From an uncultured Chloroflexia bacterium (GTDB taxonomy: Bacteria; Chloroflexota; Limnocylindria; Limnocylindrales; CSP1-4): DNA of 64,000 bases. The translations under genes and the position numbers were made by a program. The notes beneath the pieces were generated by a model. It had not been told where the DNA came from, did not search any database, and saw only the letters and a program-made list of their open reading frames with translations. The stretch is from assembly GCA_963831715.1 (NCBI GenBank), contig CAWHRB010000002.1, forward strand, positions 139,655-203,654, written 5' to 3'. This document shows positions 25,778-35,119 of the stretch, one piece after another (within the stretch, counting starts at the first letter, position 1; the number at the start of each line of letters is the position of its first letter).

Positions 25778-26545
25778 TCAGGCCGCCCCGACCGGCAGGC
25801 GCACGAGCGCCGGGTCGACGCCGAACACGCTGCGGATCCGCTCGGCATCCAGCGTCGTCGCGGGCGGGCCGTCGGCCACGATCCGGGCATCGGCCAGGAC
25901 CACGATCCGTGGGAAGAAGTGGGCCGCGAGCGCAAGGTCGTGGAGCACGGCCAGGATCGTCGTGCCGTCGCGTCTGTTCAACTCGAGCAGGAGTTCCATG
26001 ACCTCGACCTGATGGCGGATGTCGAGGTGCGCCGTCGGCTCATCCAGGACCAGGATCGGCGCAGATTGGGCCACGGCGACCGCGATGAACACCAGCTGTC
26101 GCTCACCCATCGAGAGCTCGCGCACGTCGCGCCTGCGCAGCCCCCGGATGCCGACGCGGTCGATCGCGCCGTCGACGGCCGCGATGTCGCTCGGGCGGAG
26201 ACCCGTCATCGGCGGCTCATGGGGCAGGCGCCCGAGGGCCACGACCTCCTCGACCGGCATCGCGAAGGGCAGGTCGGCGACCTCGGGCACGACGGCGATG
26301 GTCCGGGCAAGGGTCTTCCGATGGACACGCTCGATGGGACCGCCGAGCAGGTCGACCGACCCCGCCCGGGGCGTCAACACGCCGGTGAGCGCGCGGAGGA
26401 GCGACGACTTCCCGGCACCATTCGGTCCGACGAGCGCGACGCGCTCGCCGGTGGCAACGGCCAGGTTCACGGCGTCGATGACCGTCCGGTCGCCGTAACC
26501 GATGCTGAGTCCCCGCGCGTCGATGACCATAGATGCGCCACTCAT
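25778..26545 (-). CDS. Cobalamin/Fe-siderophore ABC transporter ATP-binding protein (BtuD-like)
   Basis: GPNGAGKS, LSMGERQ, LDEPTAHLD, LHDL. ATGA overlap with the permease stop. Confidence 0.9.
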   Translation of the reverse strand: MSGASMVIDARGLSIGYGDRTVIDAVNLAVATGERVALVGPNGAGKSSLLRALTGVLTPRAGSVDLLGGPIERVHRKTLARTIAVVPEVADLPFAMPVEEVVALGRLPHEPPMTGLRPSDIAAVDGAIDRVGIRGLRRRDVRELSMGERQLVFIAVAVAQSAPILVLDEPTAHLDIRHQVEVMELLLELNRRDGTTILAVLHDLALAAHFFPRIVVLADARIVADGPPATTLDAERIRSVFGVDPALVRLPVGAA

Positions 26546-27618
26546 AGCTCGTAGCCCGATCGCGAGCGGGTCAGGAGGAACAGGAAGAACGGGGCACCGA
26601 TCAGCGCCATCACCACGCCGACCGGCACATCGCCGGCCAGCCGCGCGACCAGGTCCGCGGCCGACAGCAGGGCCGCTCCGCAGACCGCGGAGATCGGCAG
26701 CACACGATGCGCGGCCGGTCCGACGAGGAGACGCACGACGTGCGGTACGACGAGTCCGACGAAGCCGATGAGTCCGCTGATCGCGACGGCGGCGGCCGTC
26801 GCCATCGACGCCAGGGCCAGGAGGATGGCGCGCTCGTGCGCGACGTCGATGCCAAGGTGGCGCGCCGCGGCGTCGCCCAGGAGCATGCCATCGAGCGACC
26901 GGCCCCGCGCCATGATCAGGAGCGAGGAGCCGATGATCAGCGGTGTTGCGGCGAGCAACCGGACCCATGATGCGCCGCCCAGGCCGCCGAGGAGGAACGA
27001 GAAGATCTGACGGAGCTCGGCGCCGGAGACGTACATCGCCATCGTGAGGACGGCCGCCAGCACGGAGCCCACGGCGTAGCCGGTCAGGAGCAGGCGCGTG
27101 AGCCCACCCGCCCCGCCCGTCCCACCGAGCCGGAAGACCAACCACGCCGCGCCGAGGGCGCCGATGAACGCGAGGCCGTGGAGCAGCCCGAACTCGATGA
27201 GCACGAGCTGGATCGGCAACAGCACGGCGATCGCGGCGCCGACCGCGGCGCCGCTCGCGGTCCCGAGGACGTACGGGTCGGCGAGCGGGTTGCGGAGAAG
27301 TCCCTGGAACGTCGCGCCGGCCACCGCCAGACCGCAGCCGATGAGCATCGCGGTCAGGACCCGCGGCAACCGCAGCTCCCAGACGATCGCCTCCGTCGCC
27401 GGGGTCCAGGCGATCCCGATATCGACACCGAGGGTGCGCGACAGGATCACCCCGATGGTCTCCATCACGCCGATGCGGACGGAGCCGAGTCCCACGCCGA
27501 GGACGAGCGTGACGAGCAGGACGACGCAGGCAGCGAGGCCGACGACGAGCGGCCGGGCGCGGACCCACGCTGCGACACCCCCGGACCCGAGGTCGCGTGG
27601 GAGCGCGCCGGCCGCCAT
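26542..27618 (-). CDS. FecCD/BtuC family ABC transporter permease
   Basis: LRLPRVL, QGLLRNPLADPYVLG, IGFVGLVVPH. Confidence 0.92.
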   Translation of the reverse strand: MAAGALPRDLGSGGVAAWVRARPLVVGLAACVVLLVTLVLGVGLGSVRIGVMETIGVILSRTLGVDIGIAWTPATEAIVWELRLPRVLTAMLIGCGLAVAGATFQGLLRNPLADPYVLGTASGAAVGAAIAVLLPIQLVLIEFGLLHGLAFIGALGAAWLVFRLGGTGGAGGLTRLLLTGYAVGSVLAAVLTMAMYVSGAELRQIFSFLLGGLGGASWVRLLAATPLIIGSSLLIMARGRSLDGMLLGDAAARHLGIDVAHERAILLALASMATAAAVAISGLIGFVGLVVPHVVRLLVGPAAHRVLPISAVCGAALLSAADLVARLAGDVPVGVVMALIGAPFFLFLLTRSRSGYEL

Positions 27619-27623
27619 AGTCG

Positions 27624-28694
27624 CTAGGACGCCGCCGGCAGCGTCACGTCGGGCCAGATGGCCGACGCGAGGTTGCGCAGCCCGAGCGGCAGGCGCGGCC
27701 CCGGCCGGGTGATCTCGATATCCCGGACCGGTCGGATATCGCCGTTGCGAACCGCGGTCAGGGCATCCCAGCCGGGTCGATCGGCGACGGACTCCGGCGT
27801 CGGCGAATAGAACGGATTCGTGCCGAGGACGATCAGCTCGGGATCCCGCTCGATGAGCTTCTCGAGGGAGATCTCGTAGGTGTTCGGGTCCCCCGTCGTG
27901 ATCGTGTCGGCGCCGGCAAGGGTCACCATCTCGGCGACGAACGAATCGTCCGCCGGTGCGTAGATGGCGCCGGTCGTCGCGTCGTAGCCGACCTCGTAGA
28001 GCACGCGCGGCTTGGGCGACTGGCTCGAGACCGCCGAGCTGATCGACTCGATCTCGGCCTTCATGTCGGCGGTCAGCGTCGCGGCCGACTCGCTCGTGCC
28101 GGTCGCGCTGCCGATCAATTCGATGTCGTCATAGACGCCGTCGACCGACGCCGCGTACAGGACGATGACCGGCACATCCAGGTCACGCAGGCGCGTGATG
28201 GCGTCGGTCGGCGTGAAGCCGAGGCCGCCGGCGAGGACGAGGTCGGGTTCGAGCGCGACGACCTGCTCGACATCCACGCTCGAGAACGTGGCGACATCGG
28301 GCAGGGCGACGGCCGCCTCCGGGTAGTCGCTGCCGTCATCGGTCGCGACGACGCGCTCCCCCGCCCCGAGCGCGAACAGGATCTCCGTGTTCGCGGGCGT
28401 GAGCGACACGATCGTCTCGGGCTCGGCCGCGATCTCGACGGCGGTGCCCTCGTCGTCGGTCACGGTGACGGGGAATGCGGCCGCCGACGGGCTCGGCGCC
28501 GCGCTCGCGCTCGCGCTGGCGGTCGGAGGTGGCGTGGCTGGCGAAGCGGACGGGGACGCGCCGGCGGAGGTGCAGGCACTCAGGATGGCGGCAAGGAACG
28601 TCAGGATGAGGGCGACGCCGCGGCGTCGATCGGGAAGGGGCATCGAACGGGACTCCGGTAGCGGGTGGCCGGCCGGAGGGGTCGCGTGGGACAC
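27624..28694 (-). CDS. Cobalamin-binding ABC substrate-binding lipoprotein (BtuF-like)
   Basis: Lipobox LSAC, IVSLTPANTEILFALG, VEQVVALEPDLVL, ITRPGPRL. GTG start follows GAGGGG by 6 nt; the gene is riboswitch-controlled. Confidence 0.88.
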   Translation of the reverse strand: MSHATPPAGHPLPESRSMPLPDRRRGVALILTFLAAILSACTSAGASPSASPATPPPTASASASAAPSPSAAAFPVTVTDDEGTAVEIAAEPETIVSLTPANTEILFALGAGERVVATDDGSDYPEAAVALPDVATFSSVDVEQVVALEPDLVLAGGLGFTPTDAITRLRDLDVPVIVLYAASVDGVYDDIELIGSATGTSESAATLTADMKAEIESISSAVSSQSPKPRVLYEVGYDATTGAIYAPADDSFVAEMVTLAGADTITTGDPNTYEISLEKLIERDPELIVLGTNPFYSPTPESVADRPGWDALTAVRNGDIRPVRDIEITRPGPRLPLGLRNLASAIWPDVTLPAAS

Positions 28695-28700
28695 GCGAAA

Positions 28701-28728
28701 CCCCTCGCTTCGAATGTCGAAGGAGGGG
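28701..28728 (-). promoter_or_regulatory. SD-sequestering hairpin (riboswitch expression platform)
   Basis: CCCCTC-CTTCG-ACATT-CGAAG-C-GAGGGG buries the SD of the btuF-like gene. Confidence 0.6.
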
Positions 28729-28744
28729 TCAGGTGATGCGCTGC

Positions 28745-28885
28745 ACGGGCCCTGCCTACCTTTCTCTCGAAGGGTCGAGCATGCACCGCAGAGGTCGGCG
28801 ACCGGACTTCCGCCCGAGGGCGGTTCACCGTAGCGGGACTGTGCCGGATTCGCACCGGCTTCGCGACCACGCGGCGTTGACGAAA
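28745..28885 (-). ncRNA. Cobalamin riboswitch, short class-II-like
   Basis: GGTCGCGAAGCCGGTGCGAATCCGGCACAGTCCCGCTACGGTGAACCGCCCTCGGGCGGAAGTCCGGTCGCCGACC, then a downstream CCCTTCGAGAGAAAGG loop complementary to the L5 CGAA. Precedes the cobalamin operon. Confidence 0.88.
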
Positions 28886-28896
28886 CGTCGCCGGCG

Positions 28897-28905
28897 AGCG
28901 TAGCA
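28897..28905 (-). promoter_or_regulatory. Extended -10 promoter of the cobalamin operon
   Basis: TG-c-TACGCT immediately upstream of the riboswitch. Confidence 0.5.
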
Positions 28906-29010
28906 CAGCGCCCGCACGGCCCAGATACGTGGCAGTGAAGCGGGCGTGCGTAGGATGCCGACCTCGCCCCTCCCGCCGGCGATCAGCCCGTCGGTGGGAG
29001 GCCACCCAAC

Positions 29011-30120
29011 ATGGAGACGAGATGGGTCCGTCGAGCCGGTCCGGGCGTCGCAGTGATCGGCGCGCTGGCCGTCATCGCATCGACCACGGCCGGTGCGCCG
29101 CCCCCTGCCTGGGATCCACCGGCCTGTGCAGGTCCGGCGGCCGTCGGCGCGGCATCGATCGGTGCCTGGTTCCGGCTCGACCCGGTGATCGTGGATGGTG
29201 CGATCTCCGGGCAGCGCCTGACGCTGGGTCGTGCGGACATGTCCGTGCCATGGCAGCTGGAGGTCGACGCCGAATCGTTCGCGTCCGGGCCGGTCGGCGG
29301 CACGGTCCTCGTCGGGACCGACGCCGGACGAGCGTCGGAGCTTTCGCTCATCGACCTCGGCACTGGCTGTCGCTGGTCGCTCGCCGCCGCGCGGGACGTC
29401 GTCCGGAACGCGATCATCAGTCCGGACGGCCGATCGATCGTCGAGAGCCGGGTCGACCGGCGGTCAAGGGCCGATCTCGGCATCTGGCGGCGTCCACTGG
29501 TGGGTGGGTCAGCGACCCGGCTGCTGCCGCCGATCGACGCCGACGACCGCTTCGGGCCGACGTGGCGCACCGAGCTCGGTTGGGCCGCGGACTACGACAC
29601 GCTCGTGGTGGGATCGTGCGGTGAGGCCGCGTGCCGCTACCGCATGCTGCCTGCGTCCGGCGATGCCGTCACGACCATCGCCGATCCGGCGCTCGGGGCG
29701 GTGGTCGGGCTGGCAAAGGCACACCTCGTGACCCACGCGGCCTGTCGGGGGATGCCCTGCCCACTGATCTCGGTGGACATCGCGTCGGGGACGCGCACCA
29801 CGATCCATGACGCCGCCGGGCTGGCGGTATTGAGCCGAGACGAGCAGGGCCGCAGCGTGGTCGTCCACGAGATCGGCGCGGACGGCGGATCGCTCCGGTC
29901 GGTCGGGCCCGATGGTCTCGACGAACGGCCGCTGCCGAGTGCACCACGAGGTCTCCGGCTCGTCGGCGATCTGGCGTGGGCCGCTAGCGCTGCCGAGCAT
30001 CCGCGTGACCGGCTGCTATTCGGTCCCGACGGGCGCCTGCCTGTCGACGGAGCCCGACCCGCCCTCCTGCGTGCCCCATCGGCGAACGAGACCGTATCCC
30101 TTGGCGAGGTGCTTCGATGA
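29011..30120 (+). CDS. Hypothetical secreted protein, possible TolB-like beta-propeller
   Basis: N-terminal signal peptide, NAIISPDGRSIV-type blade motif and several Cys pairs. GGAGG SD upstream. Confidence 0.65.
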   Translation: METRWVRRAGPGVAVIGALAVIASTTAGAPPPAWDPPACAGPAAVGAASIGAWFRLDPVIVDGAISGQRLTLGRADMSVPWQLEVDAESFASGPVGGTVLVGTDAGRASELSLIDLGTGCRWSLAAARDVVRNAIISPDGRSIVESRVDRRSRADLGIWRRPLVGGSATRLLPPIDADDRFGPTWRTELGWAADYDTLVVGSCGEAACRYRMLPASGDAVTTIADPALGAVVGLAKAHLVTHAACRGMPCPLISVDIASGTRTTIHDAAGLAVLSRDEQGRSVVVHEIGADGGSLRSVGPDGLDERPLPSAPRGLRLVGDLAWAASAAEHPRDRLLFGPDGRLPVDGARPALLRAPSANETVSLGEVLR

Positions 30121-31148
30121 ACCGCTCCGCGCGCGTCTTGCTCCCGATCGCCGCCATCTTGGTCACCCTTGTCGTCGGCAGCACCGTCGCGGCACACGGC
30201 CCCGATCCCAGCCTGAGTGGTGGCCTCTTCGGCCAGAACCAGGTCCTCGAGTTCCGATGGCGATCTGGGTCCGAGCCGCCGGGCGCGGTTCGGAACGCGA
30301 TCCTCGCGGCCGCCGACGACAGCAACGCGAGCCGTGCATCGAAATCGGCCACGTTCCGCTATGACAGTACCGGTCGGAACCTGATCGGCTACGGCACCGG
30401 GTCGTGCGGGGTCAACGGGCTCGGATGCTTCACCCGGACCGCGCCGACGGGCTTCACGATGTGGCTCCGCGAGCACGGCCGGGTCTTCGACTGGGGCACC
30501 CTGCGCTGGTGCCAGATGCAGGCATCGCCGACCAACGGCTGCTACGACGCCGAGACCATCGCCCTCGACGAGTTCGGGCATGTCGAGATCCTCAATCACC
30601 ACGCGAATTACGCCGATGAGCGCGACTACACCGACGCGGTCGTCCAGACGTTCTCCCGCACCCGCCCGAAGACCGGCTGGAACATGCACACATACGGCAT
30701 CTGCGACACCGCCACGCTGCAGATCAGGTACGACCTGCCGACGCTCTCGTCGCTGTACTCGCGCTGCCTCGATCTCGTCACGGTGCTTTCGCTCGCCGTG
30801 GACGACACCTCCGTGCCCTACGGCGGGGCCGTCGACTTCACATCGATCCTCAAGGTCGCGACCGACACCGACTACGGGCGGCTGAGCGCCAACCCGATCG
30901 GCGCCCGGACGATCCGGTTGCAGCGACGGGCCGTCGGATCGTCGACGTGGGCCAACCTGACGACCCTTGCCGGGACCAGCCCGACGGGCACCTACACCTC
31001 GACGCTCCGGTTGTTCGGGACGGCCGACTTCCGGGCGGTGTTCTCGACCCCATCCAACGAAGGCGTCCGCGGCGACACGAGCCCGACGGTGCGGGTCACC
31101 GTCGCCCCGTGCACCGCGAACTGTCCGCAACCCATCGTTTCGGAGTGA
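30117..31148 (+). CDS. Secreted metzincin-like protein with a degenerate zinc motif and a C-terminal beta-rich domain
   Basis: Signal peptide; ETIALDEFGHVEILNH aligns with HExxHxxGxxH. ATGA overlap with the previous gene. Confidence 0.6.
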   Translation: MNRSARVLLPIAAILVTLVVGSTVAAHGPDPSLSGGLFGQNQVLEFRWRSGSEPPGAVRNAILAAADDSNASRASKSATFRYDSTGRNLIGYGTGSCGVNGLGCFTRTAPTGFTMWLREHGRVFDWGTLRWCQMQASPTNGCYDAETIALDEFGHVEILNHHANYADERDYTDAVVQTFSRTRPKTGWNMHTYGICDTATLQIRYDLPTLSSLYSRCLDLVTVLSLAVDDTSVPYGGAVDFTSILKVATDTDYGRLSANPIGARTIRLQRRAVGSSTWANLTTLAGTSPTGTYTSTLRLFGTADFRAVFSTPSNEGVRGDTSPTVRVTVAPCTANCPQPIVSE

Positions 31149-31174
31149 GCTGGCTGATCGGAGGCCTGAGATCC

Positions 31175-31714
31175 ATGCGTGTGCCATCCGGCGTCGCCGT
31201 CATCGTCCTGGTCGTGCTGGGTTGCTCGGCGACCGCCGTGTCTACCACCGCGCCGGTCAGCACGGCCGCACCATCCAGCGCATCCGTGCGACCCAGCCTC
31301 GGCACGGCCGCGCCCGCTCCGACCCAGGGCGAGGCGGCGGCGCCCGCCGGTGACGCACCACCGGCGGCCACGCTGGCAGCCGAAGGCGGCGACCCCGTCG
31401 TGGGCCAGCTCGGGACGTACGTGTGGCGGGACGGTGGCTCCGACAGCCCGTGGCTGCGCGGCGCCCCGATCGCGGTCGGCGCTGGCGAGCCCCTGTCGAT
31501 GAGCCTCGAGCCCGCGACTGGGATCGCCTCGTGGCGGGCGCGGTCGGTCCGGGCGTCAGCTGACGGTCCTGCGGGCGCGGCGTCACTCGGCGAAGGCAGC
31601 GGATCCCCGGCATTCGCCGCGCCGGGCGCGGGCTCGTGGACAGTCGAGGTCCACGTCGTGTTCGACGACGGTCTGGGCGATGCGAGCTATTTCTGGCGCC
31701 TGGACGTCACCTAG
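31175..31714 (+). CDS. Hypothetical exported protein, possible lipoprotein
   Basis: MRVPSGVAVIVLVVLGC signal, an Ala/Pro/Ser/Thr linker and a small beta-rich domain. Confidence 0.6.
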   Translation: MRVPSGVAVIVLVVLGCSATAVSTTAPVSTAAPSSASVRPSLGTAAPAPTQGEAAAPAGDAPPAATLAAEGGDPVVGQLGTYVWRDGGSDSPWLRGAPIAVGAGEPLSMSLEPATGIASWRARSVRASADGPAGAASLGEGSGSPAFAAPGAGSWTVEVHVVFDDGLGDASYFWRLDVT

Positions 31715-31739
31715 GCGCGTGCCGCCCGCGAGCGGTCCG

Positions 31740-32021
31740 TCAGGCCTCGGTCGCGACCGGCTGTCCGGCGGAGAAGATCGAGACCTGGGCGTCCTCGGGC
31801 AGCATCACGCCGAAGACCTTCTGGAGCGCCAGCGTATGGGCGCACGATCCCCAACTCTCGAAGTAGTGGCAGGTGCAGCGCCACTGACCGGAATCGAGGG
31901 CGACGTTGTGGGTGTCGTTGTCGCCGCGAAACGTGAGCGAGAGACGATCGATGGTCATCCGATCGAGCTCTCGCGCGTAGCGATTCGCCTTCTCGACCTT
32001 GCCGATCAGGGAACTGTGCAT
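31740..32021 (-). CDS. Small SWIM-type zinc finger protein
   Basis: WRCTCHYFESWGSCAHTLAL fits CxC-xn-CxH. GGAGG SD upstream. Confidence 0.75.
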   Translation of the reverse strand: MHSSLIGKVEKANRYARELDRMTIDRLSLTFRGDNDTHNVALDSGQWRCTCHYFESWGSCAHTLALQKVFGVMLPEDAQVSIFSAGQPVATEA

Positions 32022-32155
32022 CTCGAGCAACCTCCGTCGCCGCCTGGGCGCTCTCGGGGCCGCCGTCCGGTCTGCACCATCGACCGGTGGTGGCGGTCGC
32101 GTCCCTGAAGCCTACACCCCGCGCCCCCCGGGGTCACCCCCGAATCGTCCCGTGA

Positions 32156-32515
32156 TCAGGGCGCGTTGGTCCCCTCCCGACCGAAGTCGTCCTGCAGCCG
32201 GATCACGTCGTCGAGCTCCGGCGTGGACACCTCGATCAGCTCACAGCGCTCGATCGCCTCGAAGCGATGGGTGCGCCCAGTCGGGATCCGCCGAGCCTCG
32301 CCGGCAGCCAGTTCGTGCTCGCGGACGACGCCTTCGTCGTCTTCCAGGTAGAGCCGCAGCCGCCCGGTATGGACGAGGATGCTCTCGTCCTTGATCTCAT
32401 GACGCTGCAGCGAGAGCCGCTTGCCGGCCTCGATGACCAGCACCTTGCCCACGTAACGGTCGGTATGCGCCCAGATCAGCTCGTAACCCCAGGGCTTGTC
32501 GACGCGGCCGGTCAC
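32156..32515 (-). CDS. Cupin domain protein, mannose-6-phosphate isomerase type II-like
   Basis: VDKPWGYE, KRLSLQRH...KDE, IPTGRTHRFEA. GTGA overlap with the phosphomannomutase stop. Confidence 0.82.
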   Translation of the reverse strand: MTGRVDKPWGYELIWAHTDRYVGKVLVIEAGKRLSLQRHEIKDESILVHTGRLRLYLEDDEGVVREHELAAGEARRIPTGRTHRFEAIERCELIEVSTPELDDVIRLQDDFGREGTNAP

Positions 32516-33993
32516 GACCCACGCACCAGGCGCTCGCCAGCGGCGAGCATCGCGTCCCGCGCCTCGGCCGAGGTCGCCTCCGTGTAGACCCGGACGAGCG
32601 GTTCCGTGCCGGACGCGCGGATCAGCAACCACGAGCCATCGTCAAGGAAGAACTTGAAACCGTCGTTGGTGTCGAGCCCGACGGTCCGGGCCACCGGCGC
32701 GCCCGCCAGGTCCGTCGGTCCGCCCTTGGCGAGGTCGCCCAGCAGCCGGCGCTTGACCTCGGGGTACTCGGCACGCTCGACGTGGACATCGACCCGCCGG
32801 TAGAACGACGGGCCGGCGATCTCGTGGAAGTGCTCGATCAGCGTCGAGGCCGGCCAGCGGCCCGCGGCGCGCTCCCGGAGGAAGAGGTCGAGCAGCAGCA
32901 GATCGGCGTAGATGCCATCGCGCTCCGGGAGATGCATCCCGAAGCCGAAGCCACCCGATTCCTCGGCGCCCATCATCGCGCCGGTCTCGATCATCTTCGG
33001 GCCGATGTACTTGAAGCCGACCGGCGTCTCGTGGACGGCGATGCCGTATCGCTCGCCGAGGCGCTCGGCCATCGAGGTGTTGTTGACGCTGATGACGACC
33101 GGGTCGCGCCAGCCACGATGCTCGGCGAGGTAGTACATCAGGAGCCCGGTGACCTGGAGCTGGTGGATGAATGTCCCACGCTCGTCGGCCGCCCCGGCAC
33201 GATCGGCATCGCCGTCGAGCAGTAGCGCGAGGTCATAGCCGCCGCGGGCGACGATCGCCAGGGCCTCGTCGACGTTAGGCGGGATCGGCTCGGGATTGAT
33301 GCCGCCGAAGTACGGGTTGCGTTCCTGGTGGATCTCGTGGACGCGGATCGTGCCGCCGCCGAGCATCCGGCTGATCCAACCGGCACCTGCGCCGTACAGG
33401 GGATCGACGAGGACGGAGATGTCGGCGGCGCGCAGTGCGTCGAGATCGACCGTCCGGCGCACGAACCGCTCGTACCCCTCGTAGGGGTCGAACCACTCCA
33501 CCATGCCGGCGGCGTCCGCCTCGGCGACCGGACGCCGGTCGATCAGCCCGCCCCCGTTGACCGCCAGCCGGGACTCGATCGCGGCAAGGATCTCGGGACC
33601 GGCAGCCGCGCCGGTCGGCGCCTTGACCTTGAAGCCGTTGTCGACCCACGGGTTGTGGCTGGCGGTGATGACGATGCCGGCCGCTGCACCTCGCTCCACG
33701 ACCTCGTACGAGCTCATCTGGGTCGGCACGGCCTGCCGCGCCAGCGCGACCGGGATCCCGCGGGCGAGCAGCACCTCGGCGGCCGCTGCCGCGAAATGCT
33801 CCGACGCGAACCGTCGATCGAATGCCACGACCACGCCGCGCGCAGCCGTTCCCTCCGATTCCACGTAGTCGGCGACGCCGTCCGCGCAGCGCCGCACATT
33901 CTCGAACGTGAACTCGTCGGCGATCCGCGCCCGCCAGCCGTCGGTGCCGAAGACGATCGCCGCGGGCTGAGTCACACCGGCCGTCGTGGACAC
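32512..33993 (-). CDS. manB: Phosphoglucomutase/phosphomannomutase
   Basis: FGTDGWR, ITASHNP, DGDADR, GAEESGG, IRASGTEPLVRVYTEA. Confidence 0.92.
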   Translation of the reverse strand: MSTTAGVTQPAAIVFGTDGWRARIADEFTFENVRRCADGVADYVESEGTAARGVVVAFDRRFASEHFAAAAAEVLLARGIPVALARQAVPTQMSSYEVVERGAAAGIVITASHNPWVDNGFKVKAPTGAAAGPEILAAIESRLAVNGGGLIDRRPVAEADAAGMVEWFDPYEGYERFVRRTVDLDALRAADISVLVDPLYGAGAGWISRMLGGGTIRVHEIHQERNPYFGGINPEPIPPNVDEALAIVARGGYDLALLLDGDADRAGAADERGTFIHQLQVTGLLMYYLAEHRGWRDPVVISVNNTSMAERLGERYGIAVHETPVGFKYIGPKMIETGAMMGAEESGGFGFGMHLPERDGIYADLLLLDLFLRERAAGRWPASTLIEHFHEIAGPSFYRRVDVHVERAEYPEVKRRLLGDLAKGGPTDLAGAPVARTVGLDTNDGFKFFLDDGSWLLIRASGTEPLVRVYTEATSAEARDAMLAAGERLVRGS

Positions 33994-35073
33994 TCAGCCT
34001 CCAACCTGCGCACAGCGTTCGATGAGGGACTCGACGACGTCGATGTCCGGCGCTGACCCGCGCAGCAGCGCGATCGGCTGCGCCGCGGTGATGCTACCGC
34101 GCTCCGGCGGGACGATGACCCCCAACCGACCGTCGACGCGGCGGACGACGAGGTCGTCGCTCTCGACAGAGGCGGTCTCGCCAGGTTGGATCACCATCCC
34201 TTCGCCGCGGGCGTCGATCGCCACCAGGAGGGCCGTCCACGAACCGAGGTCCGACCAGCCGACGTCCATCGATGCCATCACGACCTGCCCGTTGCGGGCG
34301 GCGCCCTCCATCACGGCGTGGTCGATCGAGAGCGGCTGCTGGATCGCCTCGTATGCCCGCTCGAGCAGCTGGGGCGCGCCCGCCATCGGCTCGAGCGACT
34401 GGACGAGACCGGTGTAGCGCAGCAGAGCGGCGCGGATCGCCTGACGCCGCCACAGGAACATGCCCGCGTTCCACGCCGCACCGGCGACGCGCTCGAACAG
34501 GTCCTCGGCGCGGGCAGGCTTGGGTTTCTCCTCGAACGCCTGGAGCGGGTAGGCACGGATGGCCTGTTCGGGCGGTCCGACATCCTCGCCGCGGTCCAGG
34601 TCCGGCAGCAGGTAGCCGTACTCCGTGGCCGGCCGGGTCACCTGTGTCCCCAGCGTCACGAGCGGGTCCTCGATGCCGAACGCACCCGTTGCCAGATCGG
34701 TAGCCGCGATCCGCAGGACGTCCTGATATGTCCCTTCCCGGGCCGGGTCGATATGGGCATCGGCCGGGATGACGAGCATGACCTCGTCCACGGGCCGGTC
34801 GATGCCCGCGGTCGCCAACGTGATCGCCGCTGCCGTATTGCGACCCATGGGCTCGAGCAGAAGCGCGACGTCCGGCAGTTGATCGCGGACGAGGCGCTCA
34901 TAGCGCCGGTCGGTGACGATGGTGATGTCGTCCGTCAGGGCGCGCAGGCGACGGGCGGTCGCCTGGAGGAGCGTCTCGCCGCCGAGCAGCGGCAGGAACG
35001 GCTTGGGGCGTTCGGGGCGACTCAGTGGGTGGAGACGCGTCCCCCCGCCGCCGGCCATGATGACGGCATACAT
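33994..35073 (-). CDS. manC: Mannose-1-phosphate guanylyltransferase
   Basis: VIMAGGGGTRLHPLSRPERPKPF, EPMGRNTAAA, FEEKP, WNAGMF, GWSDLGSW. Confidence 0.9.
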   Translation of the reverse strand: MYAVIMAGGGGTRLHPLSRPERPKPFLPLLGGETLLQATARRLRALTDDITIVTDRRYERLVRDQLPDVALLLEPMGRNTAAAITLATAGIDRPVDEVMLVIPADAHIDPAREGTYQDVLRIAATDLATGAFGIEDPLVTLGTQVTRPATEYGYLLPDLDRGEDVGPPEQAIRAYPLQAFEEKPKPARAEDLFERVAGAAWNAGMFLWRRQAIRAALLRYTGLVQSLEPMAGAPQLLERAYEAIQQPLSIDHAVMEGAARNGQVVMASMDVGWSDLGSWTALLVAIDARGEGMVIQPGETASVESDDLVVRRVDGRLGVIVPPERGSITAAQPIALLRGSAPDIDVVESLIERCAQVGG

Positions 35074-35119
35074 GCGCCGACCATCGTAGCGCCGCCCGGT
35101 GGCACCGAGCGGCCGTGCG

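Noticed and set aside
28835-28865. tRNA-like GGTGCGAATCC T-loop pattern
   Set aside because: It is the P5/L5 element of the cobalamin riboswitch; no cloverleaf forms.
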